Below are positions 38,401 through 48,201 of a DNA stretch of 64,000 nt, one piece after another. The translations under genes were made by a program, and so were the position numbers. A model generated the notes under the pieces. It saw only the letters and a program-made list of their open reading frames with translations. It did not search any database and was not told the DNA's origin. The number at the start of each line of letters is the position of its first letter. Position 1 is the stretch's first letter. Source of the stretch: Escherichia phage phAPEC8. Location of the stretch: sequence record NC_020079.1; one strand, written 5' to 3'.

Positions 38401-38994
38401 TTACCAAGGAATATCATCTTCTTCCAATCTGGTATCTACTTGAGGTGGACGTGGAACCTTAACCTCTTTCACAAAACGAAGATATGGGAAACGTGTAGCA
38501 ATTTTAATAACATGTTTGGCATCTTCTCTAACATCTTTGTGCAAGAAGCAGATCCCTGTTTCCAAGGTTGTTTCAAAATCTTTAGAATAATAACAGTCCT
38601 TCCCATCAAATGCAGCCTGGCAGATGGACAGATCGAACTCATTTAGAAAGGTTGTCATTACGCTTGGTTCCATAATCATAAGGTTGCAAAGCTGACCATC
38701 ACGTTCAAACTCAAAAACGTGTTTAAGACCAGTAACACCTTCATAATTGTCAGAAGCCTCTTTGTTCCCTAGTTTACGAATATTGGTTCCCATTAAAGCA
38801 GATGCAATTAATCCTTGTATTTGTTCTTCAGTCCGATGTGCAGGAAGGGATGTATAGAAATCCAGATCACGTCCAGCAATATCAAGAATACGCCAATCAC
38901 GAACAGCACCGCCAGCCAAGACAGAATTAGGATCAGCGATCTTTAATATGGTAAGAATTTCTTTGGCAATATTGATTTGTTTTGATTTAGTCAT
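38401..38994 (-). CDS. minimal Pol-beta-type nucleotidyltransferase (CCA-adding / poly(A) polymerase head-domain-like)
   Basis: 197 aa; N-terminal GGAVRDW...DLDF matches the GGAVRD + DxD catalytic signature of class II tRNA nucleotidyltransferases; no body/tail domains present. Confidence 0.5.
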   Translation of the reverse strand: MTKSKQINIAKEILTILKIADPNSVLAGGAVRDWRILDIAGRDLDFYTSLPAHRTEEQIQGLIASALMGTNIRKLGNKEASDNYEGVTGLKHVFEFERDGQLCNLMIMEPSVMTTFLNEFDLSICQAAFDGKDCYYSKDFETTLETGICFLHKDVREDAKHVIKIATRFPYLRFVKEVKVPRPPQVDTRLEEDDIPW

Positions 38995-39205
38995 TGATAC
39001 GCTCCACAGTTACTTTTACAACATCGTCCATATTAATCTCATCCCCCAAGACCTCAATAACACCTTCCTCATAAAGTCGAGCACATTCTTCCCACACTTC
39101 AGCTTCCGTCATTCCACCTGCAATCTTATTTGCAAGACCTTTAATAACATCTTCATTTTGTTCATCAACAAGAATTGAAACATTAAAGCTCACTAATTTA
39201 CGCAT
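38987..39205 (-). CDS. hypothetical small acidic protein
   Basis: 72-aa ORF; start overlaps the stop of the upstream gene. Confidence 0.4.
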   Translation of the reverse strand: MRKLVSFNVSILVDEQNEDVIKGLANKIAGGMTEAEVWEECARLYEEGVIEVLGDEINMDDVVKVTVERIND

Positions 39206-39215
39206 TGTTTTCTCC

Positions 39216-39368
39216 TTATACTTCTAAACGGAAAGTTTCTTTAGATACAAAATCGTATCCACCTTTTTCAAGCCAATCGTTGTAAACCTCATCGGCTTGA
39301 GACTCTATCATAAAATACCGAGTGGTAACTTCGTCTCCGACAATACGCACAATTTTATAGCAAATCAT
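39216..39368 (-). CDS. hypothetical small protein (50 aa, below ORF-track cutoff)
   Basis: Hand-translated ATG..TAA ORF (MICYKIVRIVGDEVTTRYFMIESQADEVYNDWLEKGGYDFVSKETFRLEV) filling an otherwise empty intergenic gap; weak SD. Confidence 0.3.
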   Translation of the reverse strand: MICYKIVRIVGDEVTTRYFMIESQADEVYNDWLEKGGYDFVSKETFRLEV

Positions 39369-39382
39369 GATACCATTTCCCA

Positions 39383-39574
39383 TTAATCTTCCTCCAGATC
39401 AATTTCATTATAACAATGTATACAGAAACCATCATTGTGCATATGTTGTTCATAAGACATATCTTTACCACAAGACCAACAACGGATATCCCCATCGTCC
39501 CATTCACGTTCTTCTTCACCTTCAAATTCATCTGGTAGGTAAGGCATACCAAAATAATCTAAATCGTAACTCAT
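39383..39574 (-). CDS. small acidic Cys-rich (zinc-ribbon-like) protein
   Basis: Track ORF 39383..39679 overlaps the polymerase 3' end; internal ATG at 39574 has SD AGGAG and gives a 63-aa product with CWSCG...CIHC. Confidence 0.4.
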   Translation of the reverse strand: MSYDLDYFGMPYLPDEFEGEEEREWDDGDIRCWSCGKDMSYEQHMHNDGFCIHCYNEIDLEED

Positions 39575-39587
39575 ATCTTCTCCTATA

Positions 39588-39605
39588 AAGGGGCAGAAGC
39601 CCCTT
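39588..39605 (-). other. GC-rich stem-loop between polymerase and small downstream gene
   Basis: Perfect 7-bp stem AAGGGGC/GCCCCTT with 4-nt loop; lacks a U-tract, so more likely a processing/stability element than a terminator. Confidence 0.35.
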
Positions 39606-39623
39606 ATAAAACAATACGTTAGA

Positions 39624-42221
39624 TCAATGACAGGATGCCCAGGAATTACCCACATCATATCCGGCAGTAAGCTGAACATTAAGATTGTAAAATTCTCCAG
39701 CCTTAGTAACAGCTAAGGCAGCAAGTTCACCTGCCCGACTATAGGCTGTAAACCATCCACCTTTGGGAGATTCATGAATGTTAGCCCAAATTTGTCCCGT
39801 CTCTTTTTCCTTATTATGCTTCCATTCTTCAACTTTAGCAAGGCATTCTTTATCAATTTTCTTTTGTTCTTCAGGATCGTCTACTTTCTTCCAACCTAAC
39901 GATTCAGGTGAAAACCATTTGAATTCTACAAGGTTACGAGAAACTTCAAGCTGGGCTTCATCGTGATATGCGATCATTTGTTGCACGAAGTCTTTATTCT
40001 TCCAGTCATCTTTAAAGAAGTCAACACTTAGTCCTTCTTCTTCGATCATGTCGTCATAAATAACCATTGCACGTTTAGCACAGATAACCCCACCACTTTG
40101 GAACAGAGAGTTAAGAATCGCGTGAGCAGAACGAGTAGGAACCTTACGACCGTCAATACCCAAAACATATTGTTTACCAGTCTTAACCCAGAAATCGTTT
40201 AAACGTTCTTTAAGACGCGCCAATGGGAATGCAGCTTCCCAGAAAGCATCGAACACCAATTGACCTGTAAACTTATCGCTACCAATTGTTTTAGCAACCT
40301 TGTCGGCTTGTGCACCATAGGTAATACCATACTTAACAGATTTAGCAGGACTACGTTCAAATTTACGTCCAATAGTTTCAGTGATACGTTTTGCCATCAT
40401 TGTGTGAACATCATTAGGTTTCTCTAACAGCAGAGCGTTACAATATTCGTGTGGCTCCGGCTCGTACCGCCAACAGTAGTGTGATTCAATTTTTGCTTCC
40501 AAAGAGTCGAAGTCGTAGCCGATCTGGAAGTATTTAGGAACCTCTACACCAAACAAGTTACGCATCTCCCATCCAAACAAAGATGTGACACGAGGAATAT
40601 TAGCTACAGATCTATGCTTCATACGAGAGGTTGCAGCATCACATGTAGCGGCTGGTGTAGGAATACGCCCATCCGCCCTTACTGCGGCTAAGAAACCTTT
40701 ATCGTATTCTTGATCTTCTTCGTCTTCTTCCCAATCAGCACCGCCACCTAAAATAGAGTTCCTACGATGCTTATACGTTAAGTATTCTACAATCTGTGTA
40801 GCATAAGGGAATTTCTCACCCAAAGCTTGCAGGTTAGGACAGATTTCTTTTTCCTGACCTTTGGTAAAACATGGGTTAGTCAATACTTTAAGACCGCGAC
40901 CTTTACCTTTTGCTATACGCTCTTGAATCTTCCTTTCCAAGGTTTCCGGTGTGCACTCCAGATGATCACAACGGTCCTGACAAAAATTAGAAGATAGAGT
41001 TTGCTCAACGTAAGCTCGAATACCTTTCTGAAGTTCTTCCTCGCTCTTTTTAATCTTGGTGCCAGATTTAAGAGTCAAGTCTTTATCTTTATATTCAGAC
41101 GGTACCCAACCTAATCCTACAAGCCAGTTTTTAATATGGGTTGTATCGTTCAATGTTGCAGGGATGTTAGGATCACACAGAGGCTCATCTGCTGCAACTG
41201 GCAGTTTCCACTCTTTCCCCAACATAACTAACCACCAATCGCCATCCCTCTCTTCCAAATGACCATCATGTTTCTTAGCAAAATTGATCATATGGTTAGT
41301 TGGCTCTAAGTTCTTTTTAATTTGCAACTTAGGTGGAATAAAAGCTTTAAGATAACCTTTTGTTGCTGGTTTAGGTGGCAAAATAGGCTCAACGAGTAAA
41401 CGAAGACGCTCCATTTCTGCATCCAAAAAAGCAAGGTTCTCTTCTGCTTGTTTCATGTTAAAAGCAAACCCACGGTGTTCCTGGCGTGTAATAATGTCTG
41501 CTACACGTTGTTCAAGTTCAAATGGACCTTCCCATTTATCATAATCACCCCATTCTTCCATAAGGTAATTATATACGCTCGTATTGGCTTTGTTGTCATA
41601 GATACAGTAATAAAGCATATCCGCAGCAAAAGTCTTAAATCGATCTTCTTCTGGAATCTCTTTACGGAAATCTATTTTTACATCACCACCTGCTTTTCGA
41701 GAAAGTGCTGCCAAGCTATGTCCTGATTTGCCCTCAATCTTTCGATCTGGGTTTAACACTTTACTCAAAATCAAGGAGTCAATAAGTTTTACCTTATTTT
41801 TGCCCCACGTATTATATTTAACACTGTAATCTAATCCATAAAACAGTTTTGTAGCCAACCAGTCGTAGTTGATACCGTTGTGAGCCACAGCCATTTCAAC
41901 CAGATATTCAGGCTTGTCTTTAAAATAACCTTCATGATTAATAAAATCTGGGAAATCTTTTAGTTGAAAATGTGTGTAATCTTGTGCCACATACTCTTTA
42001 AGAACATATGTGTATTTACCATCTGACTCTTCATAAGGACGCCCATCAAAGATGTATTTAGGGCCATCGTGGAAAGCTACTATTTCTCCTGTTTCATGGT
42101 TCTCTAAGACAATACAGTGCATTTGAAATGTGTCTTTGAGACGATAAGGACTAGCTAAATAATCAATAGTGTCATTATTCAACAATCCGTTTGCTTCAAT
42201 ATCCCATGTAAACTTACTCAC
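39624..42221 (-). CDS. DNA polymerase, family A (PolA/T7-like) with 3'-5' exonuclease domain
   Basis: 865 aa; Exo I motif WDIEANGL at N-terminus; motif B-like RSPAKSVKYGITYGAQ and motif C-like AYHDEAQLEV; GTG start overlapping the methyltransferase stop, with SD AAGGAGG. Confidence 0.8.
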   Translation of the reverse strand: MSKFTWDIEANGLLNNDTIDYLASPYRLKDTFQMHCIVLENHETGEIVAFHDGPKYIFDGRPYEESDGKYTYVLKEYVAQDYTHFQLKDFPDFINHEGYFKDKPEYLVEMAVAHNGINYDWLATKLFYGLDYSVKYNTWGKNKVKLIDSLILSKVLNPDRKIEGKSGHSLAALSRKAGGDVKIDFRKEIPEEDRFKTFAADMLYYCIYDNKANTSVYNYLMEEWGDYDKWEGPFELEQRVADIITRQEHRGFAFNMKQAEENLAFLDAEMERLRLLVEPILPPKPATKGYLKAFIPPKLQIKKNLEPTNHMINFAKKHDGHLEERDGDWWLVMLGKEWKLPVAADEPLCDPNIPATLNDTTHIKNWLVGLGWVPSEYKDKDLTLKSGTKIKKSEEELQKGIRAYVEQTLSSNFCQDRCDHLECTPETLERKIQERIAKGKGRGLKVLTNPCFTKGQEKEICPNLQALGEKFPYATQIVEYLTYKHRRNSILGGGADWEEDEEDQEYDKGFLAAVRADGRIPTPAATCDAATSRMKHRSVANIPRVTSLFGWEMRNLFGVEVPKYFQIGYDFDSLEAKIESHYCWRYEPEPHEYCNALLLEKPNDVHTMMAKRITETIGRKFERSPAKSVKYGITYGAQADKVAKTIGSDKFTGQLVFDAFWEAAFPLARLKERLNDFWVKTGKQYVLGIDGRKVPTRSAHAILNSLFQSGGVICAKRAMVIYDDMIEEEGLSVDFFKDDWKNKDFVQQMIAYHDEAQLEVSRNLVEFKWFSPESLGWKKVDDPEEQKKIDKECLAKVEEWKHNKEKETGQIWANIHESPKGGWFTAYSRAGELAALAVTKAGEFYNLNVQLTAGYDVGNSWASCH

Positions 42222-43015
42222 TATCCCTCCTTTCTAATGTTCTCCAGAACCCACTGAAGTTCTTTTAAACTTAAACTTCTTACTCCCGCAGTTTTACTAG
42301 CTTCAGCTTTAAGTAACGGGTAAGCCTCAATGATACGCGTTTTAAGATCAGAAGTCAAGGCTTTTAAAAAATAGGTAGATGCTTCAGATAAAGAATCCTC
42401 TTCTGATAACACTTTACCTGCACTTGCTCCCGCTCTCCTAACGGCTATGTCGTAGTCTTTACTGTTGCCTAATACGAATAGTCGATTTTCTCCTAAAACA
42501 ACGGGAGAACGCTTCTCGTTGCGTTTAATCCATATCTGGAATACACAAGGAACATCCCAAGGTTCTCCATGAAGAATAAAAGATCCTTTTGGACATTCTT
42601 CTTCGTAAAGAAGATGCATGTGGGGATTTAGTTTGTGTGCAAAAAAGATTTTTTGAAATGTGCGAGGCAAGATAAAACAAATACCACCTTCGTTATCCAG
42701 CATTTCAGCACAATGGTTAAAGAATTTAATGGCAAGACTAGCATTTTTTCCAAACGGAGGATTACCGACAAAAGCAGTTACACTGCCAACAGACTCAACA
42801 GATTGAGCTAAAAAATCTGCCTCAATACAATCTTCAAACTTAGGGTCAATATCAAAAGAAGTTATGTTTTTAAAACAAGAAGAGAAAGCTCCTTCTCCCG
42901 CAGATGGTTCTACGTAGTTAGCTTCCTCTCCAAAAATTTCTTTGATCTTATCACATAAGAACCCCGCATAAGCGGGGTTAGTGTAATATTGATCAAGTGT
43001 GTTCAACTTGCTCAA
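42221..43015 (-). CDS. SAM-dependent methyltransferase, N6-adenine/N4-cytosine DNA MTase-like (NPPF motif)
   Basis: 264 aa; motif I-like VEPSAGEGAF and motif IV VGNPPFG; translationally coupled to the DNA polymerase gene. Confidence 0.55.
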   Translation of the reverse strand: MSKLNTLDQYYTNPAYAGFLCDKIKEIFGEEANYVEPSAGEGAFSSCFKNITSFDIDPKFEDCIEADFLAQSVESVGSVTAFVGNPPFGKNASLAIKFFNHCAEMLDNEGGICFILPRTFQKIFFAHKLNPHMHLLYEEECPKGSFILHGEPWDVPCVFQIWIKRNEKRSPVVLGENRLFVLGNSKDYDIAVRRAGASAGKVLSEEDSLSEASTYFLKALTSDLKTRIIEAYPLLKAEASKTAGVRSLSLKELQWVLENIRKEG

Positions 43016-43024
43016 TAGTCCTCC

Positions 43025-43456
43025 TTAGTTGTTAGCGAACTCAATAGTGAGGTCAACTTTACCATCGTCAGAAATAACCATGTTTTTGGTATTTTTAAAG
43101 ATGATATCTACTTTACCTTCACTTACACGACAGAATGCAACACCATCTGCAACTTTATCGATATAATATTTGTAAGAAAGAATACCCACTTTACTACGAC
43201 CAGCACCTTTTGTGAAAGAAGGGCTTACATCGAAACGGAAACCTTTAGAAGAAACAACACGGTAAGAACGTCCAGTTGGAAGATGTTCAATAACAGAGAC
43301 ATTATTCTCAACAACTTTTACAGCAAACTCTTCAGGATGATCCTCAACAATCATATGTGGGATGGCAAATGCCAACGCTTGTTTGTGTTTAATAACACCA
43401 GCACCCAGAGCACCAGCAGCTTTAACTTTTGCATTCAGATCGATTGTCATACGCAT
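43025..43456 (-). CDS. hypothetical protein
   Basis: 143-aa ORF with SD GAGGAG and its own consensus promoter upstream. Confidence 0.5.
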   Translation of the reverse strand: MRMTIDLNAKVKAAGALGAGVIKHKQALAFAIPHMIVEDHPEEFAVKVVENNVSVIEHLPTGRSYRVVSSKGFRFDVSPSFTKGAGRSKVGILSYKYYIDKVADGVAFCRVSEGKVDIIFKNTKNMVISDDGKVDLTIEFANN

Positions 43457-43489
43457 TTTTACTTCTCCTCTTGTTTGGTTGATGAGACA

Positions 43490-43518
43490 AGTATAAGTCT
43501 CTTCCGTAAAGTTGTCAA
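43490..43518 (-). promoter_or_regulatory. sigma70 consensus-like promoter on minus strand (TTGACA-N17-TATACT)
   Basis: Minus-strand TTGACA (43513-43518), 17-nt spacer, TATACT (43490-43495); 34 nt upstream of the ATG at 43456. Confidence 0.5.
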
Positions 43519-43534
43519 CAGGTATTTTTAATAA

Positions 43535-43550
43535 AAGGGCCGAAGCCCTT
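43535..43550 (-). terminator. stem-loop at primase-helicase stop (probable terminator)
   Basis: Stem AAGGGC/GCCCTT with 4-nt loop overlapping the stop codon; minus-strand downstream sequence begins UUAUU. Confidence 0.4.
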
Positions 43551-45327
43551 AATAGTTGCTATCCGTAGGCAAATTAGCAGGATTGTTGAAATACTGCTCT
43601 TTGTCATGCAGAGTTGCAGTTCTAATGTCATAGTAAAACTGCCCTGCCGGACCAGTTTCTGAGAACTCACGGTTTTTTAGGATAAAGCAATGAGTCGTAT
43701 TGCGTTCTACAGGGTCTTCAGCGGCTTTATCTCGTTCCAAAGCCAAGGTAATACCAGCACCTTTAGCCAAGAAACTACTACCCATTGCATCGTCCTCTGT
43801 TAAGTGTTCATTGCCACCATTAGCCGATTTCTTAACGTGTGAGATGACAATAATAGTTATAGCATACTCTTTCATGATGCGCTTCAACCATGTTGCTAAC
43901 TCTTCCTGGGCTTGAACATCCATACCAGAAAGCAAATCAGAATAAGGGTCGATAACAAGAATTGTTACTCCAAAATAGATGATCATCTCCAAAACTTTTT
44001 CTTTGATAGACTCCACATCTGCTCCACGATCATCACACACATAAAAACGTGGTGATCCATCTTCTCTTTCGTAAAAATCTAGGATTTTTTCTTTATTCTC
44101 TTCCAAGATTTGAAATTTCTCTTCCGGTGTTTTCCTGTGTAGAGGAATATGCAGGAACGAGGACAACAGGTTACGAGAATATTTCTTATAAGTTGCTTCC
44201 AAGGACAGAATACCTAGGGTATGTTCTGGGTGCGCAACAATAATATGTTTGGTGATCTCGTTCACCATCAAAGTTTTACCGATACTGGTCTTTGCCAGGA
44301 TAACTGTAATCTCTTCCTCTACTAAACCACCACCCAGCATATTTGCAGCAACACGCATAAAAGGAGGCAAGGTAATCATCTTGGATTCCAAGCATTCTAA
44401 TGCAGCTTCATACAAGACATTAGAAGCATAAACACCTGCTGGGGTGTATAGACGAGCACTCCAAAAAGCTTTTACGAAATCTTTTGCACGACCTTCTTCC
44501 AGATACTGATTGGCATCCTTAAGATCCATCTGCATACGGTAGACTTTGTTACGAGGCAACACCTTAACAATATTTTCAAATGCCTCATTACCTGCTTTGT
44601 CATTATCCATGCAAACAATAATCTTCTTAAATTTTTCAAAGAAAGGATATTGTGCCTGAACTTGTTTATACATACTGGTTTCACCAGTTGTGCCACTAAC
44701 TACTGCTGGAAGTTCATATTTGTTGTCCAAGTTTTCAGACAGCATTTGATAAGCTGCCAGAGCATCGTGTTCACCACCTGTAATTACCACAGTATGAGAA
44801 CGGTCTGCAAAACGAATTTGTCCAAAAAGATCTACATCTTTACCTACTTGACCAATAGGTTTACTGAAATCTTTAGGATGAATACGACGCTTAAAACCAA
44901 CCAATTCTTTACCGATAGTAGTTGGATATAAACAACTTTCTACTACCATCTGATCCCCTTCCTGGCGGTATTCATAACGAACACCATAGAAAGATGAAAC
45001 TTTTTCTTTAATGCCTCGATAACCACGTGGGTTGGTTGATGTTTCTTGAACAATTTTACGATGAATCTGTTTATTAAATTCCGAACCCACAATCTCCTCC
45101 TCTTCTTCTAAAACTTCACCATTTTCTCGTAACCATTCTACGCTAGGAATAGTGTATTCACACGCAAAGCACTTAGCACCTTTATGCTCTCCATTAGAAT
45201 CTAATCCATAAACCATCAGGTTATTACGAGAGCGATCCTTGCCATTTTTCATGCAGCGCGGACAACCTGTATGTCCTTCCTTGCTAAGATCAACATCAAA
45301 TCCATATTTAGTTATAATGTGCGACAC
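43549..45327 (-). CDS. DNA primase-helicase (T7 gp4-like: zinc finger, TOPRIM, DnaB-type helicase)
   Basis: 592 aa; N-terminal CxxC...CxxC zinc ribbon (CPRCMKNG...CFACEY), TOPRIM motifs (ITGGEHDALAAY, CMDNDKAGNEAF), Walker A AKTSIGKT and Walker B ILVIDPYSDL. Confidence 0.8.
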   Translation of the reverse strand: MSHIITKYGFDVDLSKEGHTGCPRCMKNGKDRSRNNLMVYGLDSNGEHKGAKCFACEYTIPSVEWLRENGEVLEEEEEIVGSEFNKQIHRKIVQETSTNPRGYRGIKEKVSSFYGVRYEYRQEGDQMVVESCLYPTTIGKELVGFKRRIHPKDFSKPIGQVGKDVDLFGQIRFADRSHTVVITGGEHDALAAYQMLSENLDNKYELPAVVSGTTGETSMYKQVQAQYPFFEKFKKIIVCMDNDKAGNEAFENIVKVLPRNKVYRMQMDLKDANQYLEEGRAKDFVKAFWSARLYTPAGVYASNVLYEAALECLESKMITLPPFMRVAANMLGGGLVEEEITVILAKTSIGKTLMVNEITKHIIVAHPEHTLGILSLEATYKKYSRNLLSSFLHIPLHRKTPEEKFQILEENKEKILDFYEREDGSPRFYVCDDRGADVESIKEKVLEMIIYFGVTILVIDPYSDLLSGMDVQAQEELATWLKRIMKEYAITIIVISHVKKSANGGNEHLTEDDAMGSSFLAKGAGITLALERDKAAEDPVERNTTHCFILKNREFSETGPAGQFYYDIRTATLHDKEQYFNNPANLPTDSNY

Positions 45328-45339
45328 TTTGTTCTCCTG

Positions 45340-45618
45340 TTAAAATGGTTCGTTAGTCTCCATCATATATTCTGCTTCTAGTTCTTCCATATGCTTTCTA
45401 AATTGGAAAGCAATTTCTGCTACAGTTACATTTAAATCTTTTTCAAAAACTTCTGTAGAGCCTTCATAAAAACGAATACCGTCAATTAAAAGCCCTCCGT
45501 GGTAATCCCAATCACTTTCACGAGAAAGCGGGTTAGGCTCTTCATAATAGTAATCCACCTCCACGACTAAAGCTTTCCCGTTACGAGCGGTGTATTCAAA
45601 ATCAAAAGTGTTAATCAT
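45340..45618 (-). CDS. hypothetical protein
   Basis: 92-aa ORF between the primase-helicase and glycosyltransferase genes. Confidence 0.45.
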   Translation of the reverse strand: MINTFDFEYTARNGKALVVEVDYYYEEPNPLSRESDWDYHGGLLIDGIRFYEGSTEVFEKDLNVTVAEIAFQFRKHMEELEAEYMMETNEPF

Positions 45619-46562
45619 TATAGCTCCTCAAATAAAAGTCTACGACGCTCATTCAACACATCAATGTGATAATGAGTCCTGACATACTTAGCTAATGCTA
45701 ATCCTTTCTCCATGCAAACATCGGGAGCACTTAATAAGTATTCCGTAATATCTTTCCACTCGGAAGGTGTTTCAGCAAAGAATAACAAATCTTTAAACTC
45801 TTGTGTATGATAATTCTCACGAGGAGAACAGATCAAAGGTAAACCCTTAGCACCTGCCTCAAGAATTTTAAGATTGCTTTTTGCATTATTAAACACGTTA
45901 TCAATCAATGGCGCAAGACTGATTTGATGACCATCGTAAGATTCCATGTAGTTGGCATATGGTCTTACACCTTCATAAACACAAGTTGGTGCTACATTTT
46001 CTCTGATTACAGACCATTCACGACTACTTAAAACTTCAGAATCCCTACGAAAACCACATATTGTAAGATCTTTACCAAAATCGGGCAAGATAGCCAAGTC
46101 TTGTTTATGTGTTTCACTTCCAGCCCAGACTAATGGAGTTTTGGAGTAGCGATCACGGGTCAACACAAATTGACCTTCATCGTAAGGAAGTCCATTAGGG
46201 ATTATGTGCACATTATCATTGTATTGTGAAAGTTCAACTTGCAAAGCAGGTGTCGTAGTTGTAACGAGATCGCTGTGCTCTAAAAACCATTTTAAATGTT
46301 CACGAATACCTGATTCAAAAATACCTTCTAACATGTGTCCTTTTGGAATAACTAAAGAGTCATCCAAATCCATAACCATTTTAAAGCCTAGGTTTTTAAG
46401 GGCTAAAAAGCCCTCTTTACCTTTTGTTGGCACCCCGTTAAAAACGAAAACGTTGTGTTTAGGTTGTGAAGAGAACTGCCTTGAGTAAGGCAGCACTACT
46501 CTATGGAAATCGCAGACACTATAATTGATTCCGTTACGATTGTCAAGAATTATTTGTCCCAT
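45618..46562 (-). CDS. glycosyltransferase, GT-B fold (GT4-like), paralog 2
   Basis: 314 aa; shares extended identity with ORF 46570..47520 (e.g. FNNAKSNLKILEAGAKGLPLICS vs FNNCKSNLKILEAGAKGIPIVCS); K-x-LEAGA-x-G-x-P motif typical of retaining GT-B enzymes. Confidence 0.5.
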   Translation of the reverse strand: MGQIILDNRNGINYSVCDFHRVVLPYSRQFSSQPKHNVFVFNGVPTKGKEGFLALKNLGFKMVMDLDDSLVIPKGHMLEGIFESGIREHLKWFLEHSDLVTTTTPALQVELSQYNDNVHIIPNGLPYDEGQFVLTRDRYSKTPLVWAGSETHKQDLAILPDFGKDLTICGFRRDSEVLSSREWSVIRENVAPTCVYEGVRPYANYMESYDGHQISLAPLIDNVFNNAKSNLKILEAGAKGLPLICSPRENYHTQEFKDLLFFAETPSEWKDITEYLLSAPDVCMEKGLALAKYVRTHYHIDVLNERRRLLFEEL

Positions 46563-46569
46563 ACTTCAC

Positions 46570-47520
46570 CTACAAACTTTCAATAACCTGGCGTCGCAAC
46601 TCGTTTGCATCTGCCAGATTATAATGTGTTCGAACATGTTCAGCCAAGAACAAGCCACGATCTTCCCGATAGTTTGGATTGCGAAGAAGCTTAACAATTT
46701 CGTAATGCCATTCTGCTTTATTCTCTGCGTAAGCAACAGCGCGAGCATCTACAGGGTTAAAATAAGGTAATACCTTAGAACAAACAATTGGAATACCTTT
46801 TGCTCCAGCTTCCAGGATTTTGAGATTACTTTTACAATTATTAAAATCGTTATCTACCAAAGGAGCTATAGCAATAGCATGACTTTCGTAAACACTCATG
46901 TAATTATCTAAATCTTTTACAGCGGCTTTATATTTGGCATTTGGTAAATTTCTGCGAATCTTAATCCACTCTTGTCCTGTGATGCTTTGTGATGCTTCAT
47001 ATCCCGCAATAGTAAGAAGTTCATCATCGAAAGTATTAGAGACTAGTCGTAAATCGGGTTCGTGACTAGCACCGCCAGCCCATACAACAGGGGTACCGGA
47101 TGAACGATCATTTGACAAAGTGAATTGTCCGCTATCAAAAGGAAGTGCATTTCGGATCACAACAACATTCCTATTTAAGTGGCGGATCTTATATGCCAAA
47201 TATTCCGTAGTCACAATAACCACATCAGCAAGCTTAACCATAGCTACAATAGCATGAGTGTTTGACTCGTATAGACTTGCTAAATAATGTTCTGGATTGA
47301 GTTGGTAGAAATCATCTAAATCTACAACAATCTTAACACCTTGACGTTTCAAAGATAAAACGTATTCTGCACCTTTAGAGTGGATACGGTTAAACACAAC
47401 AACATCTTTCTTAGGTTGAATATTATTGTTGTTAAAGGGCATAACAATACGATGATAGTCACAACCGCTATGAGGTTTTGCATCAATTTTTAGTTTAGAC
47501 CATTTTTTTTTATTTGACAT
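46570..47520 (-). CDS. glycosyltransferase, GT-B fold (GT4-like), paralog 1
   Basis: 316 aa; tandem paralog of ORF 45618..46562 with the same conserved blocks (CDYHR, VDLDD, TPVVWAGG, KILEAGAKG). Confidence 0.5.
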   Translation of the reverse strand: MSNKKKWSKLKIDAKPHSGCDYHRIVMPFNNNNIQPKKDVVVFNRIHSKGAEYVLSLKRQGVKIVVDLDDFYQLNPEHYLASLYESNTHAIVAMVKLADVVIVTTEYLAYKIRHLNRNVVVIRNALPFDSGQFTLSNDRSSGTPVVWAGGASHEPDLRLVSNTFDDELLTIAGYEASQSITGQEWIKIRRNLPNAKYKAAVKDLDNYMSVYESHAIAIAPLVDNDFNNCKSNLKILEAGAKGIPIVCSKVLPYFNPVDARAVAYAENKAEWHYEIVKLLRNPNYREDRGLFLAEHVRTHYNLADANELRRQVIESL

Positions 47521-48193
47521 GTGCTAGTGCCTCCTCATAGGAAATTCGGATTTTCCCATTTTTAATATCCTCTAAAGATGCTTTATATTCTTCCCAGTTA
47601 ATCCCAATAGCAGCTTCTTTCTCTTCTTTTGTCAGATTAGCAAAAGGCATAGGATTGTTTCCAAAAACATCGTCTGGGTGGATATAAGCCATGATACGAA
47701 GTGGACAAGGTGTTGCCTGAATACCATGATTCAAACCAGCAGCTTGCAAACGGTGTCCCCATTCAGCATCTTCAAAACCATAACCGTGAGTGTAAGGACG
47801 GAAATAACCCATCTTCTCAACAACGGCACGAGAATACATTGCAAATTGACACATTGCAAGTTCCCAGAGAATAACTTCTCCTTTGCTTCCAACAACTTTA
47901 TCTTTGAAATACTCCGGCATACCAAAGAAATCCCATCCTCCAGAGACAGCTTGATCTACAAAGTATGTTTCCCATCCCTCCATGACTGGGTAGCAATCGT
48001 CGTCAAAAATAAACCAATAATCATAACCTTCTTCATAAAACTGGTGCATAAGTTCATTCCTGGCATAAGCTACACCTTTACGATCTGGATCGTTGAATAC
48101 TCGAAAATCTGCACGTGGATCTGTTACAAGGTAGTCTTTAAGTGGACGGACACCTACAGTGATAACACCCACTCCGATTTTAATATTTTCCAT
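47510..48193 (-). CDS. glycosyltransferase, GT-A fold-like (DxD motif)
   Basis: 227 aa; N-terminal IGVGVITVGVRP and acidic FIFDDDCYP motif resembling the DXD nucleotide-sugar-binding motif. Confidence 0.45.
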   Translation of the reverse strand: MENIKIGVGVITVGVRPLKDYLVTDPRADFRVFNDPDRKGVAYARNELMHQFYEEGYDYWFIFDDDCYPVMEGWETYFVDQAVSGGWDFFGMPEYFKDKVVGSKGEVILWELAMCQFAMYSRAVVEKMGYFRPYTHGYGFEDAEWGHRLQAAGLNHGIQATPCPLRIMAYIHPDDVFGNNPMPFANLTKEEKEAAIGINWEEYKASLEDIKNGKIRISYEEALAHVK

Positions 48194-48201
48194 TTTCTCT
48201 C

